Source of the DNA: Candidatus Limnocylindrales bacterium
GTDB taxonomy: Bacteria > Chloroflexota > Limnocylindria > Limnocylindrales > CSP1-4
Assembly: GCA_035540555.1 (NCBI GenBank)
Contig: DATLGJ010000020.1
Span: 58,759-122,758, forward strand
Length of the DNA: 64,000 nt
Reading direction: 5' to 3'
Of this stretch, positions 1-9,431 are shown one piece after another (position 1 is the first letter of the stretch; each line of letters opens with the position of its first letter). Made by a program: the position numbers and the translations under genes. The notes beneath the pieces were generated by a model. The model searched no databases and was not told the DNA's origin. It saw only the letters and a program-made list of their open reading frames with translations.

Positions 1-3000
1 CACGATCGATCCACCTGATCCATACGACTGCACTCGAAGTTGATCGGTCGCCGTCGATTCACTGCGCACGGCGGTGGGATCACTGACGCTGTACGTGACC
101 GTGTGGGAGAGCGCATTGTTGCCAGTGTCCCGGGGATCTGTCACGCGGTTCAGCAAGCTGCCCGACGCGTAGCTGAACTTGTGGCAGCCAGATGCCTGGC
201 CGCTTGCCGCGCAGGCGGCGCTTCGTCTTGCGGGTATCACGGTGACAAGGTTGTTGGACGCGTCTCGGGCGAAGTCCGTGTAGCGCCCCGTCGCGCCGCT
301 CAGCGCTTCGGTGAAGCGCACGGACGAGGTCCCATAAGTAACCTGCAACTGCCTAGTCGCTGTGCCGCTCGCGAGCGGCTCGCCGTCAGAGGCCGCCCGA
401 ACCGTTGCCAAGCTGATGGTCTGCGCCGAATAGTCATAAGTCCACGTGAGTCGGGTCGAGTTCCCGCTTGGGTCAGTCGAGAGCGTCATGACACCGTCGC
501 GGTTGAAGAAGCGTCGCGCTCCACCACGCTCGGTGAGTTCGAAGTCGTCAGCAACGGTCGCCGCGTACGAGGCGCCAAGGTTGGTCAGGGAGCGAAGTTG
601 GGAGGTGTCGAACAGCGCGTAGTTCCCGTCGCGCGCGATCAGGCGGAGGCCGGTCAGGTGGACAGGATCCGCAATCGGCCCCGCCCCCGGTGTCTCGGAA
701 TTGCCTCCCTCGGCATCGTTGTAGTAGCCCAGTACCTGGCGTGCGTCGTCGAGCAGGTTGCGCGTAACGACCATCCACTCCGTTGGAGCAGTCGGTGAGA
801 TCTGCAGTTGATTGGTGTACGTTCCGGGCGCAAGTGCGGGGCCGGCATAGTAGGTGATGGTCGACGAGGCGTTAGTGCGCGCGTTCTTGACGTGGAATGC
901 GAAAGCGACATGGTCGCCGCCGACCTTCTTCCATGCCCATGAAACGAACGGATGAACGATCAGGTTGTCATTTCTGCAGGCCACACAGTTAGGACTCGCA
1001 GCTTCGGATGCGGGCAGCACCTTGATTGCGCCGGTGCCGGCGTGCCGATCGGTGGTGCTCAGCGACGAGTTACCGGCATTCGCCGTCCAAGCCAAGTTGG
1101 CGTCGTTGATGATGTCGGCCTTGGTCCCCTCGAAGCGGATGGCGTCGAACTGGAGATTTCCGCTCTCCGTAGTCCCCCAGAACTTCATCGCCGTGATGCT
1201 GAAGTTGTCGTTAACGGTTCCTATCGCCTGGCTGACGGCATCGGCTCGGATGTCCCGCCCTTGAATGTGGCGCCAACTTGTGATAGACCCGCCCAGCGCG
1301 ACCTTCTTGGTCACGCCGGAGATCGCAAAATCGGTGCCCAGCGTATATGCGAGCCAGGTACTTGCGCCCGTCGTCTCGTTGACGATCTGGAAGCCGATTG
1401 CGCCCCTCGTCGCGCTGCCGGTACGGATGACAGCGAATGATCCGAGCGGGTAGTGGTCAAGGTCAATCTTCGGAAAAGCACCCGTTGATGCGCCGGTCGC
1501 ATTGTTGGCGGCGATCTGGTACACGCGCCCTCCGCTGAAGGCGGTACCGCTCGCGATCAGTGACGCCGTGCCGCTCCATCCGGTGAGCCAGTTCTCGTCG
1601 AAGATCGTGTGGCGGACCCGCTCGAGACGAACGGGGGCTGCGCTGATCAGCTGGCCACTCGGTGCGGCCGCTACCAGGTATCGATTGCCGTCCGCGTCCA
1701 CATAGATGTAGTCAGCACCCTCGACGCCCGCGCCGGAGCGGAATCCTTCGTCGAAGTTGGTCCCCCATCCGCAAGCGCGGAGAATTCCGGTGCAATCGGT
1801 GCGGTTGGCGCTGTCGTAGTAGTAGGCCAGTGACAGCAGCCCTCCGCGATCGGAGAAGCCCACGCCCCCGGCCCCGTCAAAGCGCAGGTTGCGCGACCAC
1901 AGGTTTATACCGAGCGACGATCCGTCTGGCAGCTCGACGCTGCTCGTGTCGCCGATCGCGGTACCCCCGCCCGAGACAACCGACACGCCGAAGTCGGCTC
2001 GTTCGACGACCGAAGCCCCGACCCATCGGGTGTTCGAGTCGTCAAGGCTGTACTTCTTGCGAGCGTAATAGGCGCTTGGCTTGGCCCAGTCAGATCCCCA
2101 GAGGTTGGTCCCTCCCCTGACATGGACCAGGTCGAGGCGCAATCCGAACTGGCCAACGACGGGCGGGGCATCCACTGCGACGTTGAAGATGCTGCTCGTG
2201 GCACCTGAGTTGATCGCGGTCGGCAGGTTGACTACCTTCCAACTGGTGAATCCGGAGATGGCCAGCGGGCGGCCTGCCGCGTCAAGCCAACGGTACCCAA
2301 AGGCGTAGTAGTCGTTGGGGTTGGCTCCCGACAGATTGAACGTGAAGCCAGCGTCATTGCGCACACGCACCGGTAGTGATGTGCTCTTACCAGCGACCAT
2401 CGTCGTCGGAACGAAGTTGTCGCCAAGAGCGGGATCGAAGTCGATGCCCGCGGCGGGCACCACATAACTGACAGACAGACGCGGCCGCCGGTCCAGGTTG
2501 TCGGCCCTCTGACTCGCGTACCGAACTTCGTTCTGCGACTCGGTCTGCTGTCGCACGCGAATGCCGAAGTTGGGCTGCCAGCTGGCGCGACTGCGGGTAT
2601 ACCAGCTTCGGACCATGCTGGTCACGTCTTGGGTGAGATAGCCAGACGATGCGAACACCGTGACCGGAGTGGTAGCTGATCCGGACAGAACCGACGGCTG
2701 GTTGTTCCATGTCGCTTGCATGTTCCAGCCGCTGCTGACCTGTTCGAAGTAGACCTTCTGGGTTCCGTTGCCCCAGTTGTTGTTCTGGTAGAGCTGGAGC
2801 GACGCGTCGGTAACCTGAGCGCCGTCTTCCAGGGCGAGATTCGGGAAATAGAGGAGTCCGCGCATGACGCCATAGCTCCCGCCGTCGCCGCTATCGGCGT
2901 CGGTGCCGACCCGGATTCGGTTCCAACCGGTCTGCCAGCTGTTCGGCATGCCACTCAGGACGAAGTGGTCGAGAATGTCGCCTGCGGTGTAAACGCTGCT

Positions 3001-4296
3001 GCAGCCGGTGGGCGTACCCGTCTGCCCATACTGGAGGCAGATCGTCGGATCGAGCACGACCGGATACACGCGGGCCGGATCCGCCAGCCAAGCCGGATCG
3101 ATCGTGTAGGTCAGCACGATCTCGTCGGGCCCCAGGCGGCCATCGGTCAAGTCCGGCGCCGTCGGATCCGTCGGTGATGGGGACTCAGGCGCCGCGGTGT
3201 CGAGCGGAAGGTCTGTCGGCTCTGGCTCAGTCGGTTGGGTAGTCGCGTCAGCCGCCGGGGTCTCGACCGGCGCGGTCGCGTCCGGCGCAATCGTCGGCTC
3301 CGCCGGAAGCGTCGGACCGGGCAGGATGGGCGCCAGGGTCTCGACGGTAGGGGTGGCCAGGACCGGCGACGGGGTAGGCAGGGGCGGTCGCGGCGCTGGG
3401 TCGATGCGCGTACTCAGTGTGGTGGTAACCGCTGTCTCTGGGGCGAAGCTGTCTATCGCATCGATGGCCCATGGAGGACTGACCGTTCCGGCGATCTCGC
3501 CATCGGCGTTGCGTAGCAGCACGCCGCGACCGTCAGGCGCGACCTCGGCACGCAGACCACCGGTATCGAGGATGAACTGGTAACTGTTAGCCAAGCCGGG
3601 CTCAGCCAGCGTGACGGAAAAGGCCAGCCCTTCGGGAACCGGGATTAGCGAGACTTCGCCGCTGCCCGGGCGGGCCGGGATGCGGACTTGGTCTGGCAGG
3701 GTTATCGGAGCCAGCACACCCCGGTCGACTTGGCGTAGACGAAGGGTGCCATGAGGACTCCGTATCTCTGCGAGCCGGTCGGTGTTCCCCTTGGACGAGA
3801 GGCTCACTCCGACATCGTTGGCCCGTGTCCTTTTGCCGTACTCCCCGGCCTCGTCAGTCAGGCTCAGGTCGATGGGTTGCCACTTACCTTCGCTGTCCAG
3901 GTAGTTGATGCGACCCATAAAGAATTCGGCGGTGTGGGTTCCGTCGGGCCCCACGACTACCCTGCTGTAGGCGGTCCGAAGGGCTTCATCTTCTGTCGCT
4001 GCGCGCGGCAGAGCGTCTACGCTCCGCGGCGAGCGAAGCTCTGCCCCGAGACTTGGCAGGTACCCGCGTTCACCGCCGATGACTTCAATAGGCGCGGGCG
4101 AGCGCTCAAGGAACAAAGGCACCGAGTTCTCGATGGCGGGAACGCGGGGGTCCGAGGCCGCAGCATCATCGTCTTGAAGCACGGCTATCGCAGCCGGGAC
4201 GGGTGGGCCAAGCACTGAGAGAGCGAGGACGAGCGCCAGGAGACTGGACCGCGCTCGGCCATGGCGAGCGCGCTGACTCGGAAATTGGAAGTGCAT
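1..4296 (-). CDS. Large secreted RHS/YD-repeat (WapA-like) protein, N-terminal 1432 codons. The gene runs off the window start, so the C-terminus and any toxin/immunity module lie outside.
   Basis: Manual reverse-complement translation shows an uninterrupted frame from ATG at 4296 to position 1 (codon starts are multiples of 3). No listed ORF on either strand explains the region. The N-terminus has a signal-peptide-like sequence (MHFQFPSQRARHGRARSSLLALVLALSVLGPPVPAAIA). A Pro/Thr-rich linker sits near 3200-3450. The distal part contains YD/RHS-like repeats (LTWTYDYSAQ, RVTDPRDTGN...TVTYS). The ORF track omits it because the stop is outside the window. Confidence 0.6.
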   Translation of the reverse strand, partial: MHFQFPSQRARHGRARSSLLALVLALSVLGPPVPAAIAVLQDDDAAASDPRVPAIENSVPLFLERSPAPIEVIGGERGYLPSLGAELRSPRSVDALPRAATEDEALRTAYSRVVVGPDGTHTAEFFMGRINYLDSEGKWQPIDLSLTDEAGEYGKRTRANDVGVSLSSKGNTDRLAEIRSPHGTLRLRQVDRGVLAPITLPDQVRIPARPGSGEVSLIPVPEGLAFSVTLAEPGLANSYQFILDTGGLRAEVAPDGRGVLLRNADGEIAGTVSPPWAIDAIDSFAPETAVTTTLSTRIDPAPRPPLPTPSPVLATPTVETLAPILPGPTLPAEPTIAPDATAPVETPAADATTQPTEPEPTDLPLDTAAPESPSPTDPTAPDLTDGRLGPDEIVLTYTIDPAWLADPARVYPVVLDPTICLQYGQTGTPTGCSSVYTAGDILDHFVLSGMPNSWQTGWNRIRVGTDADSGDGGSYGVMRGLLYFPNLALEDGAQVTDASLQLYQNNNWGNGTQKVYFEQVSSGWNMQATWNNQPSVLSGSATTPVTVFASSGYLTQDVTSMVRSWYTRSRASWQPNFGIRVRQQTESQNEVRYASQRADNLDRRPRLSVSYVVPAAGIDFDPALGDNFVPTTMVAGKSTSLPVRVRNDAGFTFNLSGANPNDYYAFGYRWLDAAGRPLAISGFTSWKVVNLPTAINSGATSSIFNVAVDAPPVVGQFGLRLDLVHVRGGTNLWGSDWAKPSAYYARKKYSLDDSNTRWVGASVVERADFGVSVVSGGGTAIGDTSSVELPDGSSLGINLWSRNLRFDGAGGVGFSDRGGLLSLAYYYDSANRTDCTGILRACGWGTNFDEGFRSGAGVEGADYIYVDADGNRYLVAAAPSGQLISAAPVRLERVRHTIFDENWLTGWSGTASLIASGTAFSGGRVYQIAANNATGASTGAFPKIDLDHYPLGSFAVIRTGSATRGAIGFQIVNETTGASTWLAYTLGTDFAISGVTKKVALGGSITSWRHIQGRDIRADAVSQAIGTVNDNFSITAMKFWGTTESGNLQFDAIRFEGTKADIINDANLAWTANAGNSSLSTTDRHAGTGAIKVLPASEAASPNCVACRNDNLIVHPFVSWAWKKVGGDHVAFAFHVKNARTNASSTITYYAGPALAPGTYTNQLQISPTAPTEWMVVTRNLLDDARQVLGYYNDAEGGNSETPGAGPIADPVHLTGLRLIARDGNYALFDTSQLRSLTNLGASYAATVADDFELTERGGARRFFNRDGVMTLSTDPSGNSTRLTWTYDYSAQTISLATVRAASDGEPLASGTATRQLQVTYGTSSVRFTEALSGATGRYTDFARDASNNLVTVIPARRSAACAASGQASGCHKFSYASGSLLNRVTDPRDTGNNALSHTVTYSVSDPTAVRSESTATDQLRVQSYGSGGSIV

Positions 4297-4599
4297 GTCG
4301 CTCCCTCGCACCTCGGCGCAGGCAGCACCGAGCCCCTAGCCCCCACGAATCAGCGTGCCGCCCCTCGGGCACGACGCGACGGTGGGGCCCCGCGCGGGCT
4401 GCCGCAAGCAGGGAGAACCCTATGTTCCGTCGGGGGTTTCGCCTTGAGCCCCGGCCGCTCGCGCGCTTGGGGCCGGCGTTCCTAGAAGCCTCTGGCTGCC
4501 GGCCGGCCTCTGGCGCAGTACCGCACCGGCGGCGGTTGCTCGGTTGGACTTCGCGCTCCGGCCCTGACCTGGCACCGCCTTCAACCGCCGGCCCCTACC

Positions 4600-4860
4600 T
4601 TATCGTTCAGGCGGCTCTTCGTTCGGATCCAACGCTGACAAGGGCACGCCGTACAACTTCGCGAGAAGGATAGCTTCGGCGAAGAGCAGCGACCGCCGGC
4701 CTGTTTCCAACTTGCCGATCCAGCTCTGCGGCTTGCCCACGCGCTGCGAGACCTGGACTTGGGTCAGGCCGGCCCGGCGGCGCAGTTGCGCCAGTCGGTC
4801 TGCGAGTGCCGTTCGGTCGGCAGCACTCTCAGGTGGCGGGCTGACCCGCGGCCGATTCAT
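4600..4860 (-). CDS. XRE-family helix-turn-helix transcriptional regulator (86 aa), divergent from the FtsH-like gene
   Basis: HTH_3-type motif LRRRAGLTQVQVSQRVGKPQSWIGKLETGRRSLLFAEAILLAKLYGV. A 190-bp divergent intergenic region separates it from the gene starting at 5051. Confidence 0.75.
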   Translation of the reverse strand: MNRPRVSPPPESAADRTALADRLAQLRRRAGLTQVQVSQRVGKPQSWIGKLETGRRSLLFAEAILLAKLYGVPLSALDPNEEPPER

Positions 4861-5050
4861 GGCTCACATGGTGATGCCCACATCGAAGCGCCGCACCGCA
4901 CTTTGGCGCACACCGGGGGCCAGTCGCTCACTCGCCGACAACGGCGCGCGTCACCCCTCGTGTCCGCCTTGGAGCCCGCCCTTGACAGCGCCTGCGGCTC
5001 TAGGATAGCGTCGACCGCCGTTATCCCGAATCCGAATAGGAGGCGTCAAG

Positions 5051-6484
5051 GTGAGTGCCGACAAGTCACGGCCGGACGAGATAGATCAGCTCCTGGCCGA
5101 TGCGCTGTACCAGGGACCGAGCGTCACTGCCGACCAGCTGGTAGGTGTCGATGCCTGTCTGCGCCAACTGGCCGGTCAGCTGACGCTGCTTGAGCGACCC
5201 GAGCTAGGCGTGCGACTTGGCATCCAACCATCTGGTTCGCTGTTTCTCGGCCCGCCCGGCACGGGCAAGACATTGCTCGCGCGGTTTCTGGCCGGGCAAC
5301 TGGGCGTTCCTATGTACCAACTGAGCGCCGATCAGTTCGGCGATGATCCGGCTCAACTTCATCGCATCTTCGGGCGCCTGAGCCGCCAGCGCGCCGTTCT
5401 CTTCATCGACGAGATCTCCATCCTCTGCCAGCGTCGCGACTGGTCGAGCGCCGAGGAGAGGCGCATGCTCGCAGCCCTGCTGACCGAGCTTGATGGACTT
5501 TCCAGCCTTGCGGCAGGAGAGCGCCTTTGGGTCATCGGGGCGTGTACGCCCGATATCCACCTCGATCCTGCCATTCATCGCTCGGGTCGCCTGGGGGTAA
5601 CGGTCGAGTTCGCCCTGCCGTCGGTGGAACATCGAGCCCAGTTGCTGCGCCTGTATCTGGCGGCTGTTCCGAACGCGCTGTCGGAAGAGGACATTGCCAG
5701 GCTAGCCGAGATGTCAGGCGGGGTCAGCGGGGCCGATGTTCGTGACTACATCAACCAGGCGGCCAGCCTGGTCCTGGCTGAGGCGGTGGATGTGGCCGAT
5801 CCTGTCATCGAGTATCGACACCTCGAGATCGTCTTCGGCCGGCGTGGATTCGTTGCCGCCGAGGGCCGGCCGGGACGCGAGCCGGACTGGGAGACTGCGG
5901 TCCACGAGGCCGGCCATGCCGTCATCGCATATGTCCTGTTTGGCCGCCCTGCGCTTGCGCAAGTCACGATCGGCTTTGGCCCGGTCGGCCGGCGTCGTAT
6001 GCCGACGAGAGGCCACTTCTCCGTATCGGATGATTGGGCCGAGAAGAACCACCCGACGTCGCTCAGCTGGAGCGACCATGTAGCGGTCAAGCTCGCCGGG
6101 GTCTGTGCCGAGGAACTGATTCTCGGTTACCGCGGCTCGGGCGCCTCGAGCGACATCGCTGCTGCCACCTCGCTCATCCTCGACCAGTTCGATCAAGGCG
6201 ACCCCTCATTCGGCCCCTCCCGGACCGAGATGGAGGGCGGCCCGGGCGCACGCATCGGGGGGGCCGGCTCCGAAGCCATGCGCGCCACCGCGTGGCATCT
6301 GGTCCGATCGCGATTTGGAGAATGCTGGTCCCGAACAGGCAGCTTGGTGAGCGAGCACAGATATGCCATCGAGCGGCTGGCCTCCGCCTTGCTCGAGAGC
6401 AAGAGTCGCCTGACTGGCGACGAGATCGTCGAGGTGCTCGACACCGGCGTGGTCGCAACCGGCGCTTCTGGCGCGGCAGCGTAG
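5051..6484 (+). CDS. Soluble (transmembrane-less) FtsH-like AAA+ ATPase fused to an M41 zinc-metallopeptidase domain
   Basis: Walker A GPPGTGKT and Walker B LFIDEI. AAA second region of homology TPDIHLDPAIHRSGRLG. HEAGHAV (HEXXH) plus downstream GASSDI motif typical of FtsH peptidase M41. The N-terminus has no hydrophobic TM segment. GGAGG RBS 7 nt before the GTG start. Confidence 0.8.
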   Translation: MSADKSRPDEIDQLLADALYQGPSVTADQLVGVDACLRQLAGQLTLLERPELGVRLGIQPSGSLFLGPPGTGKTLLARFLAGQLGVPMYQLSADQFGDDPAQLHRIFGRLSRQRAVLFIDEISILCQRRDWSSAEERRMLAALLTELDGLSSLAAGERLWVIGACTPDIHLDPAIHRSGRLGVTVEFALPSVEHRAQLLRLYLAAVPNALSEEDIARLAEMSGGVSGADVRDYINQAASLVLAEAVDVADPVIEYRHLEIVFGRRGFVAAEGRPGREPDWETAVHEAGHAVIAYVLFGRPALAQVTIGFGPVGRRRMPTRGHFSVSDDWAEKNHPTSLSWSDHVAVKLAGVCAEELILGYRGSGASSDIAAATSLILDQFDQGDPSFGPSRTEMEGGPGARIGGAGSEAMRATAWHLVRSRFGECWSRTGSLVSEHRYAIERLASALLESKSRLTGDEIVEVLDTGVVATGASGAAA

Positions 6485-6670
6485 GCTGCCGCGATCTCTC
6501 GCCGGCTCCACAGTCCTGTACCTGGAGAGGCGTCACGAGAGAGGCGCACAGCGAATCGCGAAAGGGGGTTGACTCCCCTAAAGACCTGCCTACAGAAGGC
6601 CCCGACGCCGTTGGATCGGTCGGGATCGACCCGCACCGCCAGCGGCTCGCAAGGCTTTAGGAGGTAGAGA

Positions 6671-9430
6671 TTGCTGACCGAGCGAGGCTTTGAGCTCTGG
6701 GGCGCGAGGCTGCAACTCGCGGACCCCGTGCGTCGGCTGATCGCTGACGTCCGGAGCGCTCCCCCAGCGCGCCGAGTCGGCAGCCGTCGGCGCAATGTCT
6801 CGGGCCGCTACCCAAGCCGCAAGATGGGGCTGACCATCCAGTTCGAGTCGCACACCAGTGAGTTGGTGGGCATCTACTCCTACGAACATGACTCGCGTGT
6901 GGTCGAGTACTACGACCAACCCGCCCTCAGCGCGAAGCTCAACTATGTGCGAGGAGACGGGCGACGCGTCAGCTACGCCGTAACGCCCGATTTCCTCGTT
7001 CTTGAGCGCGACGGCGCTTTCCTCGACGAGTGGAAGACGGAGACAGAGCTGGTCCGGCTTGCGGCCAAAGATCCCGCGTTGTACACCAAGGAGGATGGCG
7101 CTTGGCGCTCGCCTCCGCGAGAGGAGGCAACTGAGCGGCTAGGCCTCAGTTTCCGGCTGCGGACGCGCGACAGCGTCGGCGACATCCTCGACCGCAATCT
7201 GCGGTTTCTTGATGACTACTTGCGTGCCGCGGTTGAGCCGGACCCAGCGCTCGCAGCCGCACTGACCGAGGCGGTCAGCACGGATCCCGGGATCAGCGCC
7301 GGGGAACTGTTGAGCGCGCTCATGCGCGAGGGTGCCGCCGATTGTCTATACGCGCTCATCGCCGGTGGGCAGCTATTCGTAGATCTGGCGACACAGCCGC
7401 TGGCTGAGCCATTCCATGCCGCGGTCTATCCGAGTGCCGAGCTGGCCGCGTCCCTGAGGAGTCCGGAACAACCAATCGGCACGTTGGTGCAACTGACGTC
7501 CGGCACCAGGCTGGAATGGGATGGTCGGCCGTGGGACGTGGTAAACCCGGGACCCGAAGGCGTAAGCCTTCGCGATGCGGCCGGTCAGCTGGTCACCCTC
7601 GACAACCACGAGTTCCAGTCACGGCTGCAAAACGCCAGCATCCGAGAGCTACCGCATTCTCAGGCCGAGGCGCTGCCGCCGGAAGGCGCGGCGCTGCTGC
7701 GGGCAGCCAGTCCTAAAGACCTTGACCTGGCAAATCAACGCTATCGCCAGATCGTCAGTCCGAATGACGACGAGAGCGCTCTGTCACCGCGTTCGCTCGC
7801 GCGCCTGCGCAGAAGCTACCGCGAAGCGCAGTTGCGGTACGGGTGCGGCTTCATCGGGCTGCTGCCCCAGCCCAGAAAGGGCAACAAGACTCGGAAGCGC
7901 GAGGCCCAGGTACTAGGTGTGATCGAAGAGCAGATCAGCACGTTCTATAGAAGCAAAGACGCGCCGGGAAAGACCGCGCTCTACGGGCTGGTCGTGGAGC
8001 ATTGTCAGCGCCTCGGCTTGGAGCCGCCCTCGTACAAGACCGTCAGCAAGGCTCTGCACGCTCATGACGCTCATACCGTCCAAGGTGATCGAGAGGGCCA
8101 GAAGGTCGCCTACGGCAGCGAGCAGTTCTACTGGCACCTCGACGCGAGCACACCTCGCCATGGTGACCGGCCCTGGGAAATCGGCCACGCGGACCACACT
8201 AAGCTGGACATCGAGCTGGTCTGCTCAAAGACGGGCACAAACCTCGGTCGTCCATGGCTATCACTGCTCGTCGACGCTCACAGTCGCCGCGTCCTGGCCT
8301 TCTGGCTGACGTTTGACCCGCCGAGCTATCGCTCGCTGATGATGCTCGTGCGGCGCTGCGTTGCGCTACACAGCCGCCTGCCCGAGACCATCGTCGTTGA
8401 TGGCGGTGCAGAGTTCGGCAGCATCTACTTCGAAACCTTGCTGGCCGCTTTCGAGATCACCAAGAAGGTGCGCCCTGGCGCTCCGCGGTTCGGCTCGGTC
8501 TGCGAGCGCCTCTTTGGCATGGCCGACGAGCGCCTGATCCACAACCTGCGCGGGAATACCAAGCTCATGCGCAACGTGCGCACCGTCACCGCCGAGGTGA
8601 CCCCAAGCAAGCGGGCGGTATGGGATCTGTGGTCACTCGACAACGCGCTCGGCGAGTGGTTTCACGAGGTCTACGACGGCCTCGATCATCCCAGCCTTGG
8701 GCAGAGCCCTCGCGATACCTACAACGCGCGCATCGAGCTCAGCGGCACACGCCCGCAGCGCTGGGTCGCCGACGACGAAACCTTTCGCATGCTGACCCTT
8801 CCGAGCACCCAGAAGGGCACAGTCAAAGTAGATCCTTCCCGCGGCGTTAAGGTCAACTACATCAACTACTGGAACCCGCGCTTTCGCGATCCCGCTCTCG
8901 GGCGCCGCGACCTTCCTGTCCGCTATGACCCGATCGATGTCCGCCACGCATTCGTCTTCGCCGATGGCGACTGGATCGAGTGCGAGTCGCAAGAGCTGCG
9001 TTCGCTGCCCCAGATCTCGGAACGCGAGTTGCGCTTCGCCACCGCCGAATTACTCCAGCGCAGACGCAATGTCGAGCGCCGTCGACCGTTGACTGCTCGG
9101 GACATAGCGGTCTTCCTAAAGCAGCAGAAGGACAACGAGAACTTGCTCCTTTTGCGATTGCGCGACTTCGCGCAACGCGAGGTGTTGGCTCCGCACCGTG
9201 CCAATCAGCTTCTTGGGTGGGGCGCGCCAGCGCCGTTTGAAGCCGATGCCATGGCACCGCCGACGGCGCTGGAGGTGGTCGACCAGCCAGATGCAGCAGC
9301 GTCCTCAGAGCCGCCCGAGCAAGAGATATCGGCTTCCGTGGTGATCGCGGGGGAGACCAACGACCATCACGAGCCCCAAGACAGTCAGGCAGTGTTCGGT
9401 GAGTACACCCTCCTGATGGAGCTCAGCTGA
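6671..9430 (+). CDS. tnsAB: Tn7-like transposase, a TnsA-like endonuclease domain fused to TnsB (DDE, Mu/rve-type) = TnsAB
   Basis: The N-terminal ~190 aa carry PD-(D/E)xK TnsA motifs (ESHTSELVGIYSYEHD...QP...YAVTPDFLVLERDGAFLDEWKTE; compare Tn7 TnsA TDFLV/QVK). The rest has a Mu-type DDE core (HADHTKLDIELV ... TIVVDGGAEFGS ... SVCERLFG). TTG start with AGGAGG RBS. The stop abuts the tnsC start at 9432. Confidence 0.8.
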   Translation: MLTERGFELWGARLQLADPVRRLIADVRSAPPARRVGSRRRNVSGRYPSRKMGLTIQFESHTSELVGIYSYEHDSRVVEYYDQPALSAKLNYVRGDGRRVSYAVTPDFLVLERDGAFLDEWKTETELVRLAAKDPALYTKEDGAWRSPPREEATERLGLSFRLRTRDSVGDILDRNLRFLDDYLRAAVEPDPALAAALTEAVSTDPGISAGELLSALMREGAADCLYALIAGGQLFVDLATQPLAEPFHAAVYPSAELAASLRSPEQPIGTLVQLTSGTRLEWDGRPWDVVNPGPEGVSLRDAAGQLVTLDNHEFQSRLQNASIRELPHSQAEALPPEGAALLRAASPKDLDLANQRYRQIVSPNDDESALSPRSLARLRRSYREAQLRYGCGFIGLLPQPRKGNKTRKREAQVLGVIEEQISTFYRSKDAPGKTALYGLVVEHCQRLGLEPPSYKTVSKALHAHDAHTVQGDREGQKVAYGSEQFYWHLDASTPRHGDRPWEIGHADHTKLDIELVCSKTGTNLGRPWLSLLVDAHSRRVLAFWLTFDPPSYRSLMMLVRRCVALHSRLPETIVVDGGAEFGSIYFETLLAAFEITKKVRPGAPRFGSVCERLFGMADERLIHNLRGNTKLMRNVRTVTAEVTPSKRAVWDLWSLDNALGEWFHEVYDGLDHPSLGQSPRDTYNARIELSGTRPQRWVADDETFRMLTLPSTQKGTVKVDPSRGVKVNYINYWNPRFRDPALGRRDLPVRYDPIDVRHAFVFADGDWIECESQELRSLPQISERELRFATAELLQRRRNVERRRPLTARDIAVFLKQQKDNENLLLLRLRDFAQREVLAPHRANQLLGWGAPAPFEADAMAPPTALEVVDQPDAAASSEPPEQEISASVVIAGETNDHHEPQDSQAVFGEYTLLMELS

Positions 9431-9431
9431 C

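Noticed and set aside
40-4218. Plus-strand and off-frame minus-strand ORFs listed across the first 4.3 kb (40-798, 952-1440, 2716-3177, 3751-4218 and others)
   Set aside because: All are short and low-complexity. They sit in frames other than the single continuous minus-strand frame (codon starts at multiples of 3) that encodes the secreted RHS-like protein.
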